From NCBI GenBank assembly GCA_964016885.1, contig OZ024750.1:45756001-45820000 (forward strand): a stretch of DNA of 64,000 nucleotides, read 5' to 3'. A program made the translations under genes and the position numbers. Origin of the DNA: Eledone cirrhosa (Eukaryota). The first letter of the stretch is position 1, and each line of letters begins with the position of its first letter. Positions 1 to 12,925 of this stretch are shown here, one piece after another. Below the pieces are notes generated by a model. That model ran no database searches, was not told where the DNA came from, and worked only from the letters and a program-made list of their open reading frames with translations.

Positions 1-76
1 ACATATATATATACATGATTATATACTTATATATATATATATTACTTATATATAAATATATGAATATATATACATA

Positions 77-113
<37 letters not shown>

Positions 114-759
114 AAAAATTGAACGGGAACAAAACAGAGAGGCAGAACGAACAAAGGTTTATTAGTTTCACGCTCTTGAGAGTGGGGTGGTGGTATGTGT
201 GTGTGTGTGAGAGTGTATGTGTGTGTACATATACATATATATATAGAGAGACAGATAGTGGGAGTGGGCGAGAGAAAGATAGTGTATGTGTGTGTATGTG
301 TGTGTATTTACATATATATATATATACATACATACAAACTATTATATGAATGAGGATAATAAAATTTCAGTAATAAAACAGAATTATATAGAATTACCTC
401 GTATATTACAATTAAAATGAGTGAGAGAATATGTGTAAAAAAATGGCTGGTGTTGAGAAAAAGAAAGGGTGGGAGAGTGAAACACTGGAGATAAGAGAAG
501 GCGAGAAAGGGAGTGCGGAAACAAATGAAATACTGAGAGAGTAAGTGTTAGTATGTATGTACTATATATTTCAAGGTGTGAACGTATGTTTTAATATATC
601 TTATTTTGTATTCTTATAATTCTTTTGCAAAAGCTTTTATCATTTTAATGTTAATATATTTAAAGTCGTTTTGAAATTAGATTTATTAATGTTTTTACGC
701 CACTGAAAGTCCTGGATTTGAATTTCAGAAAAAAGATGTCTGAATACACATATATAGGA

Positions 760-763
<4 letters not shown>

Positions 764-832
<69 letters not shown>

Positions 833-896
833 ATCTCTCTCTCTCCCTCTCTCTCTATCTATATATATATATGTATATATATATGAATACATTATG

Positions 897-933
<37 letters not shown>

Positions 934-945
934 GTATATATATGT
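764..945. repeat. Compound (CT)n/(TA)n microsatellite
   Basis: Direct dinucleotide runs; one of dozens of (TA)n, (CA)n, (CT)n tracts in the window. Confidence 0.95.
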
Positions 946-947
946 GT

Positions 948-1130
948 ACGAGTAGGACCCCGACGGCTGAGCTCAAGCCGTTTCGACGGCTAATTCTGGA
1001 ATTAGCCGTCGAAACGGCTTGAGCTCAGCCGTCGGGGTCCTACTCGTTCCTATCACCCACTCTACTACTCTAAGTATTGAGTACTTTGGTGCGTTATGGT
1101 CCACCTGGTTCCTTACCACATTTCCTTCGT

Positions 1131-1131
<1 letters not shown>
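948..1131 (+). mobile_element. Family A short fold-back element in (TA)n, carrying only the 3' half of a hammerhead
   Basis: Perfect 49-bp arms 948-996/999-1047, then a conserved tail ending ...ccacatttccttcgtta. Contains GAAA-CGGCT-tgagctc-AGCCG-TC (stem III plus GUC). Other copies at ~1604, 10287, 12272, 13668, 36832, 45492, 55123, 62292. Confidence 0.85.
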
Positions 1132-1206
<75 letters not shown>

Positions 1207-1207
1207 A

Positions 1208-1377
1208 ATTTGCATAGCTGTCTAAATGAAAAGTTATAACTCTAAGGTAAAATCCTTATTGAGTGCTTTTGGCTGCACTTCCCGACTATACATATAGAAG
1301 AAGGTAGTACAGCATAATCGAAGGTCTGGTTGTGGGCAAGCTAACGAATGCATTACGTTTAGACAGCTATGCAAATT
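1208..1377. mobile_element. Short TA-flanked element with 20-bp terminal inverted repeats
   Basis: aatttgcatagctgtctaaa ... tttagacagctatgcaaatt. Internal gttataactct...cttattgagtgcttt recurs near 61836-61870. Confidence 0.6.
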
Positions 1378-1574
1378 GATATATATATATATATATATAT
1401 ATACTATATATAGAGTTATAAACTCAAACAGTCTTTTACAATTAAATAGCTCAAAGAAAGAGGTATTTCTGAGCCGTGAAATACGAATTAATATAAATTA
1501 ATATATGATAAACACTAATACAATTATATAAGTATTTGTATTGCAAATGACCAAGTTAGCTAGTTATTAATTTG

Positions 1575-1605
<31 letters not shown>

Positions 1606-1631
1606 CAGCCGTCGGGTTCGTGACTCGTTCA

Positions 1632-1704
<73 letters not shown>

Positions 1705-1706
<2 letters not shown>

Positions 1707-2181
1707 CGTTTCTGAATTTGTTTAGCAAGATTCTTTATCTGAAAACGTGTGTTGAAACCGATATTGTTATACTTTGGGAGAGTCATGTTGCCAATGAGAA
1801 ACACACGTACCAGTTGCTTTCACTTCAATTTATTATAATAAATTTATAAATTTAAGAATTTATAAATTTCCGGTTGGTTGGTTGGTGCCACAACCAGATG
1901 GTTGTTTATATATTGTCAAAGTTCTTTCGTCACACATTCTGTGACCTCTTCAGTGACTGGGGACAAAAAACAAAGAAAAGAATCCCAGTCACTGAAGAGC
2001 TCACAGAATGTGTGACGAAAGAACTTTGACAATATATGAACAATCGTCTGGTTGTGGAACCAACCAACCAACCGGGAATTTATAAATTCCTAAATTTATA
2101 AATTTATTATAATAAATTGAATTGAAACAACTGGTGCATGTGTTTCTTATTGGCAACATGACCCTCCCAAAGTATAACAAT
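1705..2181. mobile_element. Family B fold-back element with an HHR in each arm
   Basis: ~200-bp inverted arms ~1760-1961/1984-2181, flanked by (TA)n. Relatives at 12476, 19378-19837, 37168-37450, 62912-63135, 63470-63590. Confidence 0.85.
1915..1957 (-). ncRNA. Minimal type-I hammerhead ribozyme motif (family B)
   Basis: Minus strand GUCA-CUGAAGA-G-GUCACA gaaug UGUGAC-GAAA-G aa C-UU-UGAC. Mirror copy on + at 1988-2030 has a G>C change in stem II. Confidence 0.7.
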
Positions 2182-2332
2182 ATATATATATAGATATATA
2201 TATTTAAATTAAAATTAATTGTGAATATACATGCATATACTCATACTACATATACGCACTCGCACGCACACACACAAACACAGACATACGCGCGCACACA
2301 CGCATTCTCATATATATATATATATATATATA

Positions 2333-2470
2333 TCGCAGATTACAGAGTCGGGTAAGATCGATGCAGATCGAACCTTGAGCTGATCAGTGGCGAAACGCGC
2401 GTCACCAACCAATAAATGTAATGAAGGAATAACCAATCGTCCTTGTTATCCTTTCGTCCTTGTATTCCTT
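2333..2470 (+). mobile_element. Family J element, 5'-truncated inside HHR stem II
   Basis: GAAAC-GCGC-GTC followed by AATAAA. Shares gattacagagtc...atcga...cct(t/c)ga with the 45757-45848 HHR; CUGANGA absent. Confidence 0.55.
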
Positions 2471-2496
2471 ATATATATATATATATATATATATAT

Positions 2497-2996
2497 TCTA
2501 ATGCATATACCAGCTGGCTACTAGCTTTGATGTTATTCAGTAGCAATCGAAATCTCCCCCTTCCCCAATTGACACTTTATAATTAATACTACTACACCAA
2601 ATGACCAGCCCTGTCCAATACCCAATGGGTGAAGTATAGATTAAAATTGGCACTCCCAAAAATTCTTATTTAGATAAAATAAACCATTTACTCATTGTAT
2701 TCTCATTAGAAACCCTTTATATACTTGTTTAGCAGTAAATCGAATTACCATCTGTCATATACTATCCCCTCTCTTCTTCCTCTATTACTAATATAAATAC
2801 TTCAATCTTTCTGATTTTATCCAATTTATCCAAAATCTCTGAAGAAGTGACAACTGTTTATACATTTGCTATCGAATACTTGCTAACATTATATGATTAC
2901 GCAAGCAGAGGTACATAGGTATTCCGTCTGTTACAGAAACATATGTCAATACCCAATAAATTCCTTTTTTAAAAAAAGCACTTTCATTTTATATTC

Positions 2997-3003
<7 letters not shown>
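2497..3003 (+). mobile_element. Family I element in (TA)n with HHR-like motif (large stem-II insertion)
   Basis: Near-identical copy at ~41710-42115. CTGAAGA(2839)-A-GTGACA...TGTTAC-A-GAAAC-ATAT-GTC(2947) then AATAAA; stem I weak. Confidence 0.7.
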
Positions 3004-3055
<52 letters not shown>

Positions 3056-3164
3056 AAAAAAAGATGAAATTAAAAATGCAACTGGAGTTGAGATGGAGGG
3101 TCTGTGCGGCGTCTGTGGTTTCAGATGTTTGTGTGTATGTTTGTTCTTGCGTCTGTTTAGGTTG

Positions 3165-3381
3165 TTAGCAATGGCCAGATGGCCAGCTGCTGGTCAGTGA
3201 GGAGGTGGAAGCAATATACATACATATATCTTCCTGTGGTAGGTAGGAGAGGGGAGATTGATAGAATGTTTAAATCCCTTTCTATCAATCTCCCCTCTCC
3301 TACCTACCACAGGAAGATATATGTATGTATATTGCTTCCACCCCCTCACTGACCAGCAGCTGGCCATCTGGCCATTGCTAA
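3165..3381. repeat. Near-perfect palindrome (102-bp arms, 13-nt spacer)
   Basis: Arms 3165-3266 and 3280-3381 with one mismatch, inside a TA/CT-flanked insert that ends with an HHR motif. Confidence 0.9.
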
Positions 3382-3580
3382 ATTTGACCTTTATAAAATA
3401 ACCCACACCCCCAAATAACTTCTCATTCACTACCAGAAAGGCACCCAGCAGTCAACGAGCTGCTAAACGAGCTGCTACCAAGATGAAAACTACTGTGAAA
3501 TCCCACAATGAATTTTATACTTGAATTTTCAAATCTCAAATTTTAACTCTTCTTATTATTAATTTTTCTTAATATTAATC

Positions 3581-3628
3581 AACATTTGAAAAGATGGCTT
3601 TTGCAGACCCATCGAAACCGGTCATTTT
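3581..3628 (+). ncRNA. Hammerhead motif with U3-A8 core variant
   Basis: AACAU-UUGAAAA-GAUGG(loop)CCAUC-GAAA-CCGG-UC-AUUUU; palindromic stem III ACCGGU; stem I has one mismatch. Confidence 0.6.
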
Positions 3629-3725
3629 TTATACCCTTTATTATTTCCTTACCTTATAAAATTATATGTTTTTTCACAAAAAAGTATTCTGTCTCTTATA
3701 TATTCCATGTGCCATTACCAACCTC

Positions 3726-4171
<446 letters not shown>

Positions 4172-4179
4172 TTTTTTCC

Positions 4180-4261
<82 letters not shown>

Positions 4262-4263
<2 letters not shown>

Positions 4264-4486
4264 CATCCTCAGTCTATACTGATTAATGTTCAGAGTCATC
4301 CTCAGCATTCTTGTGTAGCACCCATCCACCATCTGAGTGAGTTTCTTGGTCAGTGTCCAAGTCTCAGACCCATACAGCAGCACAGACTCCACTATTGGAG
4401 ACGCAGGACATGGCAGCGATAATGAGGCACAGAGACCGCTGGAGAGAACTCGTCCATGGATCTCGGGAATTTTACCCGCCTTAGAG
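4262..4486. mobile_element. RTE-clade LINE fragment (family R2) with 5' inversion
   Basis: Minus 4262-4393 encodes ESVLLYGSETWTLTKKLTQMVDGCYTRMLR; plus 4395-4486 is the 3' end matching 12833-12925. TA-flanked. Confidence 0.85.
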
Positions 4487-4668
4487 AATATTATATAAGT
4501 ATATATATATATTTTTTTATATGTATATTATTTCATATGAAATATATCACATTGCGGCAAACATCTAAACACATATATCCCTACATTCATATATATATAT
4601 ATTGATGTCATTATTTATGGTACCAATGACACTAATGTCTATGCAGCTTTATATATAAAGATGATATG

Positions 4669-5464
4669 TCCGTATATATATAATATTAAGTATGTGTGTG
4701 TCTATGTGTGTGTGTGTCTGTGTATTACCTATAGGGGCCTACATCTTACGACGGATTTTCATGAAACTTTACAGGCTCATAGATTCGTCATCGGGGAGTG
4801 TTTTCTATATATCAGCGTATCGTTTCTTTTTTATTCCGGGTTCATTCTGCAGATAAAAATCGATAGGGGGGGGGGGTCACCTTTTTTTAGGTATCGAAAA
4901 ATAAGATTTTTGGCTCTAGCGCCCACATTTTGCCACCGATTTCGTTCAAATTTTAACCAAAATAGAATTTATCATTGCACATCTTGTAATGGCGTTATAT
5001 TTTGCATTTGTTGTTCAGGGACGGCGTGGCAGCCACTTAAATATTCAAAAATACCACTTTTAGACTCAAATTTTCGGCGCTAGCTCCCACATTAATCAAC
5101 CTACTTTGTTCAAATTTTACACTACGCTAGATCTGATTATTCCACGTCTTAATTTGGCTTTATATTTTGGATTTTTTGTTCAGGAACGGCGTGGCAGCCA
5201 CTTAATTATTCGTAAATACCACCTTTTCGGCTCTAGCTCCCACATTTTTCAACCGATTTCGTTCAAATTCGAAACTCCCTCCCCCAGCATGCCCCTTCAT
5301 CAGCCATCCGCGTTTCTCAGTGATAGAGGTCATCACCACCCTCCCCCGCATGGCCTGTGTGTGGCCATAGATGAGTCATCGAGAAGCAGTCACTAAGATC
5401 AACTCCTTTTCATCAAAGCAGATATTATTTTACGCACCTAGGCAACGCTGGGTACTGCTGCTAG
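4669..5464 (+). mobile_element. Non-autonomous Helitron-like element
   Basis: 5' TC..tatatataat plus (GT/GTCT) tract. Three internal subrepeats (~4912, 5076, 5229). 3' hairpin ACCTAG-gcaacg-CTGGGT then CTAG|T at 5461-5465. Confidence 0.65.
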
Positions 5465-5574
5465 TATATGATAAGGTAGATTCTGCTCTCTGTAGTGTAT
5501 GTCTATCAAGAGGACTACTGATATTCATGCTACATCTAGTACCATCACTACTAATATCACCCCTACTAATGACA

Positions 5575-6060
5575 CGACCGATGTCACCTCCAACACCACC
5601 ACCAACAATACCACACCTACAGCACCATCACTCCCCCACCATCACCATCACTAACACACCCAGCAACACTCCCCATCACCACCACCGTCAGCAGCGGCAC
5701 CACCACTAACAACTACACCACATCTAGAGAACCATCACTCCCCCCCCTCCTTCACCATCGCTATCACACCCAACAGCGCCCCCATCAACAGCACCACCGC
5801 CCGCATCACCACTCCCCTCCCATTACCACCAATGTCAGCAGCAGCAGCAGCAGCAGCAGCAGCGGCGGCTGTAGCTACACGACCACCGACAACACCATAG
5901 CTAGAGTACCATCACCACCAACACCACCACCACCACGACCAACAACAACAACAACAACAACATCACCACCACACCAATCACCTCCACCATCAGCAGCGCC
6001 AACAGCACCACCTGCTCTACCATCATCATCACCAGCTACATCACCACCATCAACAACAAT
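5575..6060. repeat. Degenerate (CAC/CAA/CAG/CAT)n low-complexity tract
   Basis: Direct inspection. Confidence 0.85.
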
Positions 6061-6071
6061 ACTATGCATAG

Positions 6072-6582
6072 TAATTGTTTCTACGTTAGGCACAAGGCCA
6101 GCAATAACCGGTGTATTACTGGTACTTTATTTTATCGACCCCGTAAGGATGAAAGGCAAAGTTAACTATGCATAATAATTGTTTTTACTTTTGGCACAAG
6201 GTCAGCAATTACTCAGTACATTACTGGTACTTTATTTTATCGACCCCGTAAGGATGTAAGGCAAAGTTAACCTCGGCGGGATTTGAACTCAGACCATAAA
6301 GGTCCGTAACTCTTTGCTGCAAAGCATGGTGTCCGACCCTCTACCAATACTGCCAATATGGTTTCTACTATGGGCACAAAACCAGTAATCTTTTTTTGGG
6401 GGGGAAGGGGGTTCGATTAAATCGACTCCAGTGCGTGACTGGTACTAATTTTTTATCGACCACGTAAGGATGAAAGACAAAGTTAACGTCAGCGGGATTT
6501 GAACGCAGCACGTAAAGGGCCATAACTCTATGCTGCAAAGTATGGTGTCCGACCCTCTACCGATACGGCCAATCCACCGCCC
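6072..6582 (-). mobile_element. Tandem cluster of three tRNA-derived SINEs (Nin/Deu-type core)
   Basis: Copies ~6072-6168 (truncated), 6177-6356, 6358-6582. B-box GTTCAAATCCC; core gcctttcatccttacggggtcgataaaataaagtaccag. Core-domain name is from memory of invertebrate SINE superfamilies. Confidence 0.9.
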
Positions 6583-7400
6583 TACTTAGAAGTACTAATA
6601 ATAATAATAACAAAATTAATGAAATAAAATATATGGGAGAGGTATGTCAATAATATCAACAATAACAACAATGACAACAATAACAACAACACCTAACTTA
6701 ACAAACAACATTAGTATCAGCCGTAAAATCACAAGTAACAGCTACAACAACAACTAAAAACAAAACAGTATTTACAACAACAATAAGAACAATTACAAAG
6801 AAATTACAAAGAAAGTACACTAAAAACACACAAAAAACACCAAAAACAAAATGAACCAAAAGAAACAAATGAACAAAAAGAGCAAAAAATTAAAACAACA
6901 GCATAAAAAAAGAAAAACATTTAAACGGAACATCGTGAAAAAAATGGCGACGGTGTGGGGAAAAGTTCTGTAAATATAAAGAAAATAAGAAACGGAACGT
7001 TTCATGAAAGATAAAGAATTTAAAATAGAAATCTTCACAATTGTTTGCTAACACGTAATACATCAAAGTGGTTATGTATTTGGGCGAAAATCTTTTGTTG
7101 AACGATTCTACTACAAGTTTATCGTGACAGCTGCAAGAATCGTGTGTACACGATACAGTATTGTCTTGTTTTAAGATGGTCTTGTCCCCTCCATCACCTT
7201 CTCCTAACCTCATGCAGGAAAAACTTTGAGAAACTCTGATAGAAAGGAAAGCAAGGGTGAGGAATCAAATCAGCGAGTGAAAGAGAAAGGGTGCGAGGTG
7301 ACCGTAGAGGAGGAGAGGGAAAGAGGGAGAGAGGGAGAGGGAGAGAGGGAGAGGGAGAGAGGGAGAGAGAGAAATGGAGAAATGGAGAAAGAGGTATGTA

Positions 7401-7445
<45 letters not shown>

Positions 7446-7501
7446 AAGTATATATAAGTATATATTTTATAAATATATATATATATAGTAATATATTTTA
7501 A

Positions 7502-7549
<48 letters not shown>

Positions 7550-7577
7550 TATATACAGGTATATATTTTATATATTT

Positions 7578-7608
<31 letters not shown>

Positions 7609-7866
7609 ATATGTATATATATAGAGAGAGAGAGAAGTGGGGAGGGTGAGAGAGACAGAGAAATAAATAGATATAGAGAGGGCTAGATAGCCTGATAGAT
7701 AAATAGATAAATAGATAGATATATAGACAAAGAGCTCAGGGAGATGTTAACAGTACGGTAGATGATAGAAAAGAAATCTAACTTATAGAATAACAGTAAC
7801 TTACATGTCTAATTTTCTATTTAACTGTTTCTATCTGTCGCTTCTCCCTAACGAGATATACATACA

Positions 7867-7986
<120 letters not shown>

Positions 7987-8061
7987 TATATATATATATA
8001 TATCATATATATATATCATATATATATATCATATATATATATATATATCATATATATATAT

Positions 8062-8108
<47 letters not shown>

Positions 8109-8192
8109 ACCTCACTCCCCACTCTCAAGCGTGAAACTAATACAATATCATATGTTCTGCCTCTCAGTGTTTTGTTCTCTGTTCATTAATTA

Positions 8193-8880
<688 letters not shown>

Positions 8881-9235
8881 CGTGAATGTGTGCGTGTGCG
8901 TATTTTATTTTACTACATTACGCCTGAACCCTGCTAACTTCTACTGAAATGCACACTGAATATGCCAGACATACATAGACACAGACCGTCTCAGAAACAC
9001 ATATAGATAAAGAGATATTGATAAAGACATGCTGATACTAGCAAGGCAATATCTCCTGCAATAATACAGCACAGAAAGAATAACGACCAACAGACAAAAT
9101 ATACCCAGACTAAACAAGGATATCGAACACAAACATTCAAAGGGGGCCCCCATACAAACGGAAACATACGCACACACACACTCATATACTCACATACACA
9201 GACCCCCCCCCCCCCACGCACACACACATACACAT

Positions 9236-9807
9236 CGGAAAAGTTATTTTTCTTAGAGCTATATAATTGTAAGAGACTACATTGAGTTTCTAACTCAGTA
9301 TTTATTTGTCAGCTTCATTATATACAGCTAATTTTAATGTCGTATTAACCATGCTGCTATTTTTAGCGGCATAGGTTTTCGAGACAAGCTAGGCTCTGAA
9401 AACACGTGCGTTATTTCATATCGTACGCAATTTAGTCTACTAATATTTTTAGAAGTGGAAGGATCGCTAACTTCTTGACACCTACTGATAAGCAGAGAAA
9501 TGGTGATGACTTCGCTCAATATGATTTTGCGGGACAGTTTCCATAACTGTCTAGGTGTGTTCAGGCAGTTGCCCAATATAGGTTTGTTATTATTTTTCTT
9601 AATTTACTACCTTAAATTAAGTCAGGCAAACAATATTGCAGTAGTTAGTATGTTTTCACCCTAGCAAAACTAGTCCGTACGATTCGTGCACATGTATGTT
9701 TATATTAGTGTTCATCTCTCTTGTTTATTCAATTATATTACACGGCTCGGAAAAGATTTTTTCTTAGAGCTATTTAATTAAGAGACTACTTTCAGTTTCT
9801 AACTCAA
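9236..9807. mobile_element. Family H: ~510-bp unit with ~60-bp terminal direct repeat
   Basis: tcggaaaag...ttcttagagcta...gtttctaactca at 9236 and 9747. Reverse-orientation relatives at 1411-1565 and ~10002-10038. No HHR recognised. Confidence 0.6.
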
Positions 9808-10060
9808 TATATATATATATATGTATAAATATTTCGTTTCTCCAAAGAAATACGGTTTTAGGAAGCCGTAGCTATGCAAACACCGGGGGGGGGGGGGCCT
9901 AACGCCCTCTGGTCATGTCCAGCAGAAGCAAGGGGGACAACCGTCTATGCATTTGAGGCTTAACTGGCCTTCGACAGGACGATCCTTCCCACAAATATAT
10001 AGTGAGTTAGAAACTCAAAGTGGTCTTTTACAATTAAACATATATAGATATATATATATA

Positions 10061-10258
10061 TTGTTTGACCCGTTTAGCTTGTTCGTTTTTTTGGCTCCGG
10101 TGGTTAATGGCTTCTTAACCATCGTCTCAGTTTGTATGAACTTTTTAACTTATGTTTATAGCTCTGGTATCTTCATATCCATGGAGCGCTTGTCTGCACA
10201 ATACGGAAGTTGCGTTTCGCTAATTTCTACCCGCCGAAATGCGATTCTCGCTAAATTT
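10061..10258. mobile_element. Family K ~200-bp TA-embedded repeat
   Basis: Diverged reverse-complement copy with the same ends at ~30281-30484. Confidence 0.65.
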
Positions 10259-10416
10259 ATATTTGTATATATATATGAAGAGATTTAGGACCGCGCCGGC
10301 TGAGGTCAGGCCGTTTCGGATCTAGCTGTCGAAACTGCCGGAGCTCAGCCGGCATCGAGTACTCTGGTGGGTTATACCACACCCTATCTGATATATATAT
10401 ATATATATATGTACAT

Positions 10417-10475
<59 letters not shown>

Positions 10476-11026
10476 CATCGAAGGATTTGTGTCATATTTA
10501 TCTTTCAATAGCTGGACATACACTTGCGGTGGATACTCCATACAAGTGAAAGCAGTACTCTGTATTAGAGCGGTTGTGCCTAACCGAAACATCCAACAAT
10601 AGTTGATATGATCGCCTTGCCACTAGTAGTATGAACCAAATTCACAGTTACTTGATCATTGCCTTATCTACTGATACGACATCCTGCTTACCAATGTCGT
10701 CGTTTAACCCAGTCAGGATCGGTCTGAGAGATTGCCCATCAAGGCCAAAGAGCTCTGTCCGCCCGGCTTTGAAATTACAGTGGTCTCTCTCCTAGACAGA
10801 TTGCCGACCAAGGCATATATATATATATATATATATATATACACTATATACACATTTACACAATTTTTGGATGGCCGTTGACGCTTATGAGTTCTTCCGC
10901 CATTTACTAGGTTTTGTTTTGTCCTGGAGGATGTCCAAAAATCACCCTCCAAGTAAACATGATGGGGTTGCCGGTTTAGTCGCCGACGATCCGACTATGC
11001 GACAGGTTGTACTGGGTTACATGTTA

Positions 11027-11901
11027 CCAGTAGCACTCGACTATGTATTGAGAAAAGCCCTGGACGAAAACTTAGAGATTTGGTTTCACTCTCACAAAGC
11101 GAAAGTATAGACGCCATGCAGCTCAGAAAATCACCGATGCTGACTATGCGGATGATTTAGCGGTCCTCGCTGACTACCTTAAGGATGCAACATCACTACT
11201 TCACAGCATCGAAGCAGTTGCAAAGGAAATCGGACTCTATGTCAACGCAGGCAAACAGAATATATTTGCCTGAACCAAGACTCCTCAGTAGGTATGCGAA
11301 GTCTAAACGGCGATATAATCAAGCAAGTTGACGACTTCAAATACCTGGGTAGCTATATCGCATCCACAGAACATGATCTTAACATCAGACTGGGAAAAGC
11401 CTGGGGAGCATTGAATGCAATGGAAAAGATATGGAAATCAAACATGCCGGCCAAACTGAAAAGGAAATTCTTCAGAGCTGCTGTAGAATATGTGCTTATT
11501 TATGGCAGTGTCACTTGGACGCTAACGTCGAAACTGGAGAAAAAGCTAGACGGGGCATACACACGTATGCTCCGCGCTGCTTTAAACGTGTCTTGGAGGG
11601 AACACCCAACAAATAAGGATCTCTATGGCAATATACCACTTATCAGCAGGTCAATACGTGGACAGAGACTCAAATTTGCTGGCCACTGTTGGCGCAGCAA
11701 GGAAGGAATAGCAGGTGATGTGTTGTTATGGAGTCCATCTCATGGAGCAAGAAACGCTGGTCGTCCCAAGAAGACATACGTAAAGCAACTTGAGGACGAT
11801 ACTGGATGCACTGCGGAAGAACTGGCAAACGCTATGAGAGACAGAGATGGATGGAGGAAACGTGTCATAGAAAGCCGAGAAAGCTCGACCTGATGATGAT
11901 G

Positions 11902-11903
<2 letters not shown>
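11027..11903 (+). pseudogene. 5'-truncated RTE-clade LINE (family R1), reverse transcriptase C-terminal half
   Basis: ALDYVLR, YADD at 11145-11156, FKYLGSYI, LIYGSVTWTL, RLKFAGHCWR, GRPKKTY; frameshifts near 11080 and 11255; (TGA)n tail. Confidence 0.93.
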
Positions 11904-11932
<29 letters not shown>

Positions 11933-11965
11933 GTTAAAAGAATAGAGGTGTAACACACAAGTTAT

Positions 11966-12210
11966 TATATATTGGTAAACGGAATCGAAAATGCTGACAA
12001 ATTGTTCACAGTTGAAAAATGGTTTAATTAGGAATAAAAGAGTATTAGTGATTGTATGGGTTAGTATTCAGTTGTGGTTTTAAGTTTTTAAAACTTAAAA
12101 ACTTAAAACCACAACTGAATACTAACCCATACAATCACTAATACTCTTTTATTCCTAATTAAACCATTTTTCAACTGTGAACAATTTGTCAGCATTTTCT
12201 ATTCCGTTTA

Positions 12211-12220
<10 letters not shown>
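11966..12220. repeat. Palindrome, ~125-bp arms with 5-nt spacer, TA-flanked
   Basis: Arms ~11966-12090 and 12096-12220, one mismatch. Confidence 0.9.
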
Positions 12221-12271
<51 letters not shown>

Positions 12272-12274
<3 letters not shown>

Positions 12275-12426
12275 AAAATGTTTGACCCTGACGGCAGAGC
12301 TCACGCCGTTTCGATGGTTATTTGCCGTCGGGGTCAAACATTTTCCTATTATCCACTCTACTACCCTAAGTACTGAGTACTCTAGTGCGTTATGGTCCAT
12401 CTGGTTCTTTACCACACCCCCTTCGT

Positions 12427-12427
<1 letters not shown>
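12272..12427 (+). mobile_element. Family A element (fold-back with deletion)
   Basis: ggaaaatgtttgaccctgacggca...tgccgtcggggtcaaacattttcc plus family tail. Confidence 0.8.
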
Positions 12428-12477
<50 letters not shown>

Positions 12478-12514
12478 CGTTTCTGAATTTGTTTAGCAAG
12501 ATATATATATAACA

Positions 12515-12565
<51 letters not shown>

Positions 12566-12572
<7 letters not shown>

Positions 12573-12925
12573 CACCCATCCACCAGAATGCTGAGTATGG
12601 CTCTGAACATTAATCAGTATACACTGAGGATGAAAAACTCAGAGCTGTATGGGAGCATCCCAAAAGTCAGCTCAAAAGAGACACAAAGGAGACTGAGGTT
12701 AACTGGACATGCTCACCGACATCCAGAGTTGACATTGCACTCAGTGCTCCTGTGGGAGCCCCTACATGGACACACTAGAAGCGGAAGACCAAGGTTAACG
12801 TATGTTGATGCCCTAAGGACAGACACTGGTCTGTTGGAGACGCAGGACATGGCAGCGATAATGAGGGAAAGAGACCGTTGGAGAGAACTCGTCCATGGAT
12901 CTCGGGAATTTTACCCGCCTTAGAG
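12566..12925 (+). mobile_element. RTE family R2 3' fragment with 19-bp 5' inversion
   Basis: Encodes RLRLTGHAHRH...LLWEP...GRPRLTYVD. 12566-12584 is the reverse complement of the sequence that immediately precedes 12585 in the element. Confidence 0.88.

Noticed and set aside
5575-6060. His/Thr/Pro-rich or poly-Q coding region
   Set aside because: Degenerate triplet microsatellite without coding context.
11990-12030. Hammerhead in the 11966 palindrome (CTGACAA...GAAAA)
   Set aside because: G8 missing without compensation, no stem I, and orientation opposite to the other fold-backs.
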